NCBI RefSeq assembly: GCF_000016745.1
Contig: NC_009483.1
Location: 1,110,001 to 1,142,000, forward strand
Source of the DNA: Geotalea uraniireducens Rf4
GTDB taxonomy: Bacteria > Desulfobacterota > Desulfuromonadia > Geobacterales > Geobacteraceae
DNA length: 32,000 nt
Direction of reading: 5' to 3'
The translations under genes and the position numbers were made by a program. The notes under the pieces were generated by a model. The model was not told the DNA's origin and did not search any database. It saw only the letters and a list, made by a program, of their open reading frames with translations. Positions 31,288-32,000 of this stretch are shown piece after piece. The number at the start of each line of letters is the position of its first letter. Position 1 is the first letter of the stretch.

Positions 31288-31887
31288 TTACCGCCAGATA
31301 TCCACCACGGGTATGGTTTTTTCCTGCACTTCGATCGCCTGCTGCCAGCAGTCACGATCCCTTTGTGCCAGCCGTGTGCTCCGGTTCCGGGCGATTTTCC
31401 GCATGTATACCGAAAAATCACCGTTAGAGAAATGGATGACCCGTCCGTGCTGTTTCCCCAGATCTTCGGCAACCAGAGGAATCCCTTCATTACTGAGAAA
31501 TTCACGGATAAATCTACAGTTGACATCGCTGACGCAGACAAAATTTCCCGCCGATTCCCGGTTCATGATGATAGTTGCCCCGCCGAACACCTTTGCCTTC
31601 AGGAAACGCCGGTCGGCGCCCTTGTCCAGCATCTCGTTGATGAGTAATTCCATGGCATGAATGCCGTAGCGACCGGCCTCAGAGGCGTAAATCGGCAAGT
31701 CCCTGGAGTAGCGACGGTTGCTGAGCAGGAAATGGTTCATGCCGATGATCTTGTTGGTCTGGTCATAGAGGCATGCTGCGATGCAGGAGCCGAGCAGGGT
31801 GGAAATGACGGTTGCATCTGTGGCGGCATGATATTCGCCGGGACTGAGTATTACGCGCTTGAATCTGCCGATGGTCTCGATTCTCAT
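31288..31887 (-). CDS. cheD: chemoreceptor glutamine deamidase CheD
   Basis: VISTLLGSCIAACLYDQTNKIIGMNHFLL contains the catalytic Cys and His context. ...AKVFGGA... is also present. ATG at 31887 (MRIETIGRF) is preferred over the TTG at 31917, which lies inside the repeat element. Confidence 0.88.
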   Translation of the reverse strand: MRIETIGRFKRVILSPGEYHAATDATVISTLLGSCIAACLYDQTNKIIGMNHFLLSNRRYSRDLPIYASEAGRYGIHAMELLINEMLDKGADRRFLKAKVFGGATIIMNRESAGNFVCVSDVNCRFIREFLSNEGIPLVAEDLGKQHGRVIHFSNGDFSVYMRKIARNRSTRLAQRDRDCWQQAIEVQEKTIPVVDIWR

Positions 31888-31907
31888 GGTATGTCCGTGT
31901 AGTAATT

Positions 31908-32000
31908 CCAATTCCAAATCAAGGCGCTATCTTCGTTGGCTCGTCTTCGGCTCCTCAACGTACTATCTGTACGCCTTCGTCGCCTCACTCTTCGCCGCCT
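31908..32000. repeat. MITE-like palindromic element, copy B (short form, truncated by the window edge)
   Basis: ccaattccaaatcaaggcgctatcttcgttggctcgtcttcggctcctcaacgta matches 1507-1560 with one indel. It continues ctatctgtac gccttcgtcgcctcactcttcgccgcct, which matches 1662-1689 of copy A. It lacks the ~100-bp insert of copy A. Confidence 0.7.

Overview
This is a GC-rich chromosomal segment (roughly 55-62% GC, estimated by eye). Its gene content is CheW/CheD/MCP, a small c-type cytochrome, a ~1000-aa NAD-glutamate dehydrogenase, a NifU-like protein and heptanucleotide repeat tracts. This resembles a Geobacter/Desulfuromonadales-type deltaproteobacterium, which is inference only. Backbone genes are a partial coiled-coil protein, cls, nfu-like, aspA-like, ferritin-like, HAD, MidA-like methyltransferase, WYL regulator, DEAD-box helicase, M23 peptidase, trmB, gdh, cheW, csp, a DUF4136-like lipoprotein, an MCP, cytochrome c and cheD. 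They flank a ~9 kb mosaic, lower-GC accessory island at about 10.6-19.5 kb. The island carries a small membrane protein, vapBC, a DUF4160/DUF2442-HTH pair and a very AT-rich minimal SET-domain gene. It also carries a RAYT/IS200-like Y1 transposase bracketed by GGGGTCAG-type repeat arrays and a 1,193-codon ORF fusing a tyrosine-decarboxylase-like PLP enzyme to an S10 serine carboxypeptidase. A RelE/ParE-type toxin inactivated by an in-frame amber codon (antitoxin intact) and a truncated alkD-like fragment complete it. The most unusual items are the decarboxylase::S10 carboxypeptidase fusion together with the SET gene (both eukaryote-like cargo around a RAYT), and a 427-aa protein whose C-terminus looks like a diadenylate-cyclase (DisA_N) fold with altered catalytic motifs in a chemotaxis neighbourhood. 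Several repeat families are also notable: ACCACCG-type heptamers, CACGAAT heptamers, and a MITE-like element present twice. Many long ORFs in the supplied track are antisense or shadow ORFs of GC-rich genes and were rejected. One real ORF (1..1448, minus strand) is missing from the track because it runs off the window edge. All family assignments come from motif recognition by eye; no database search was run.
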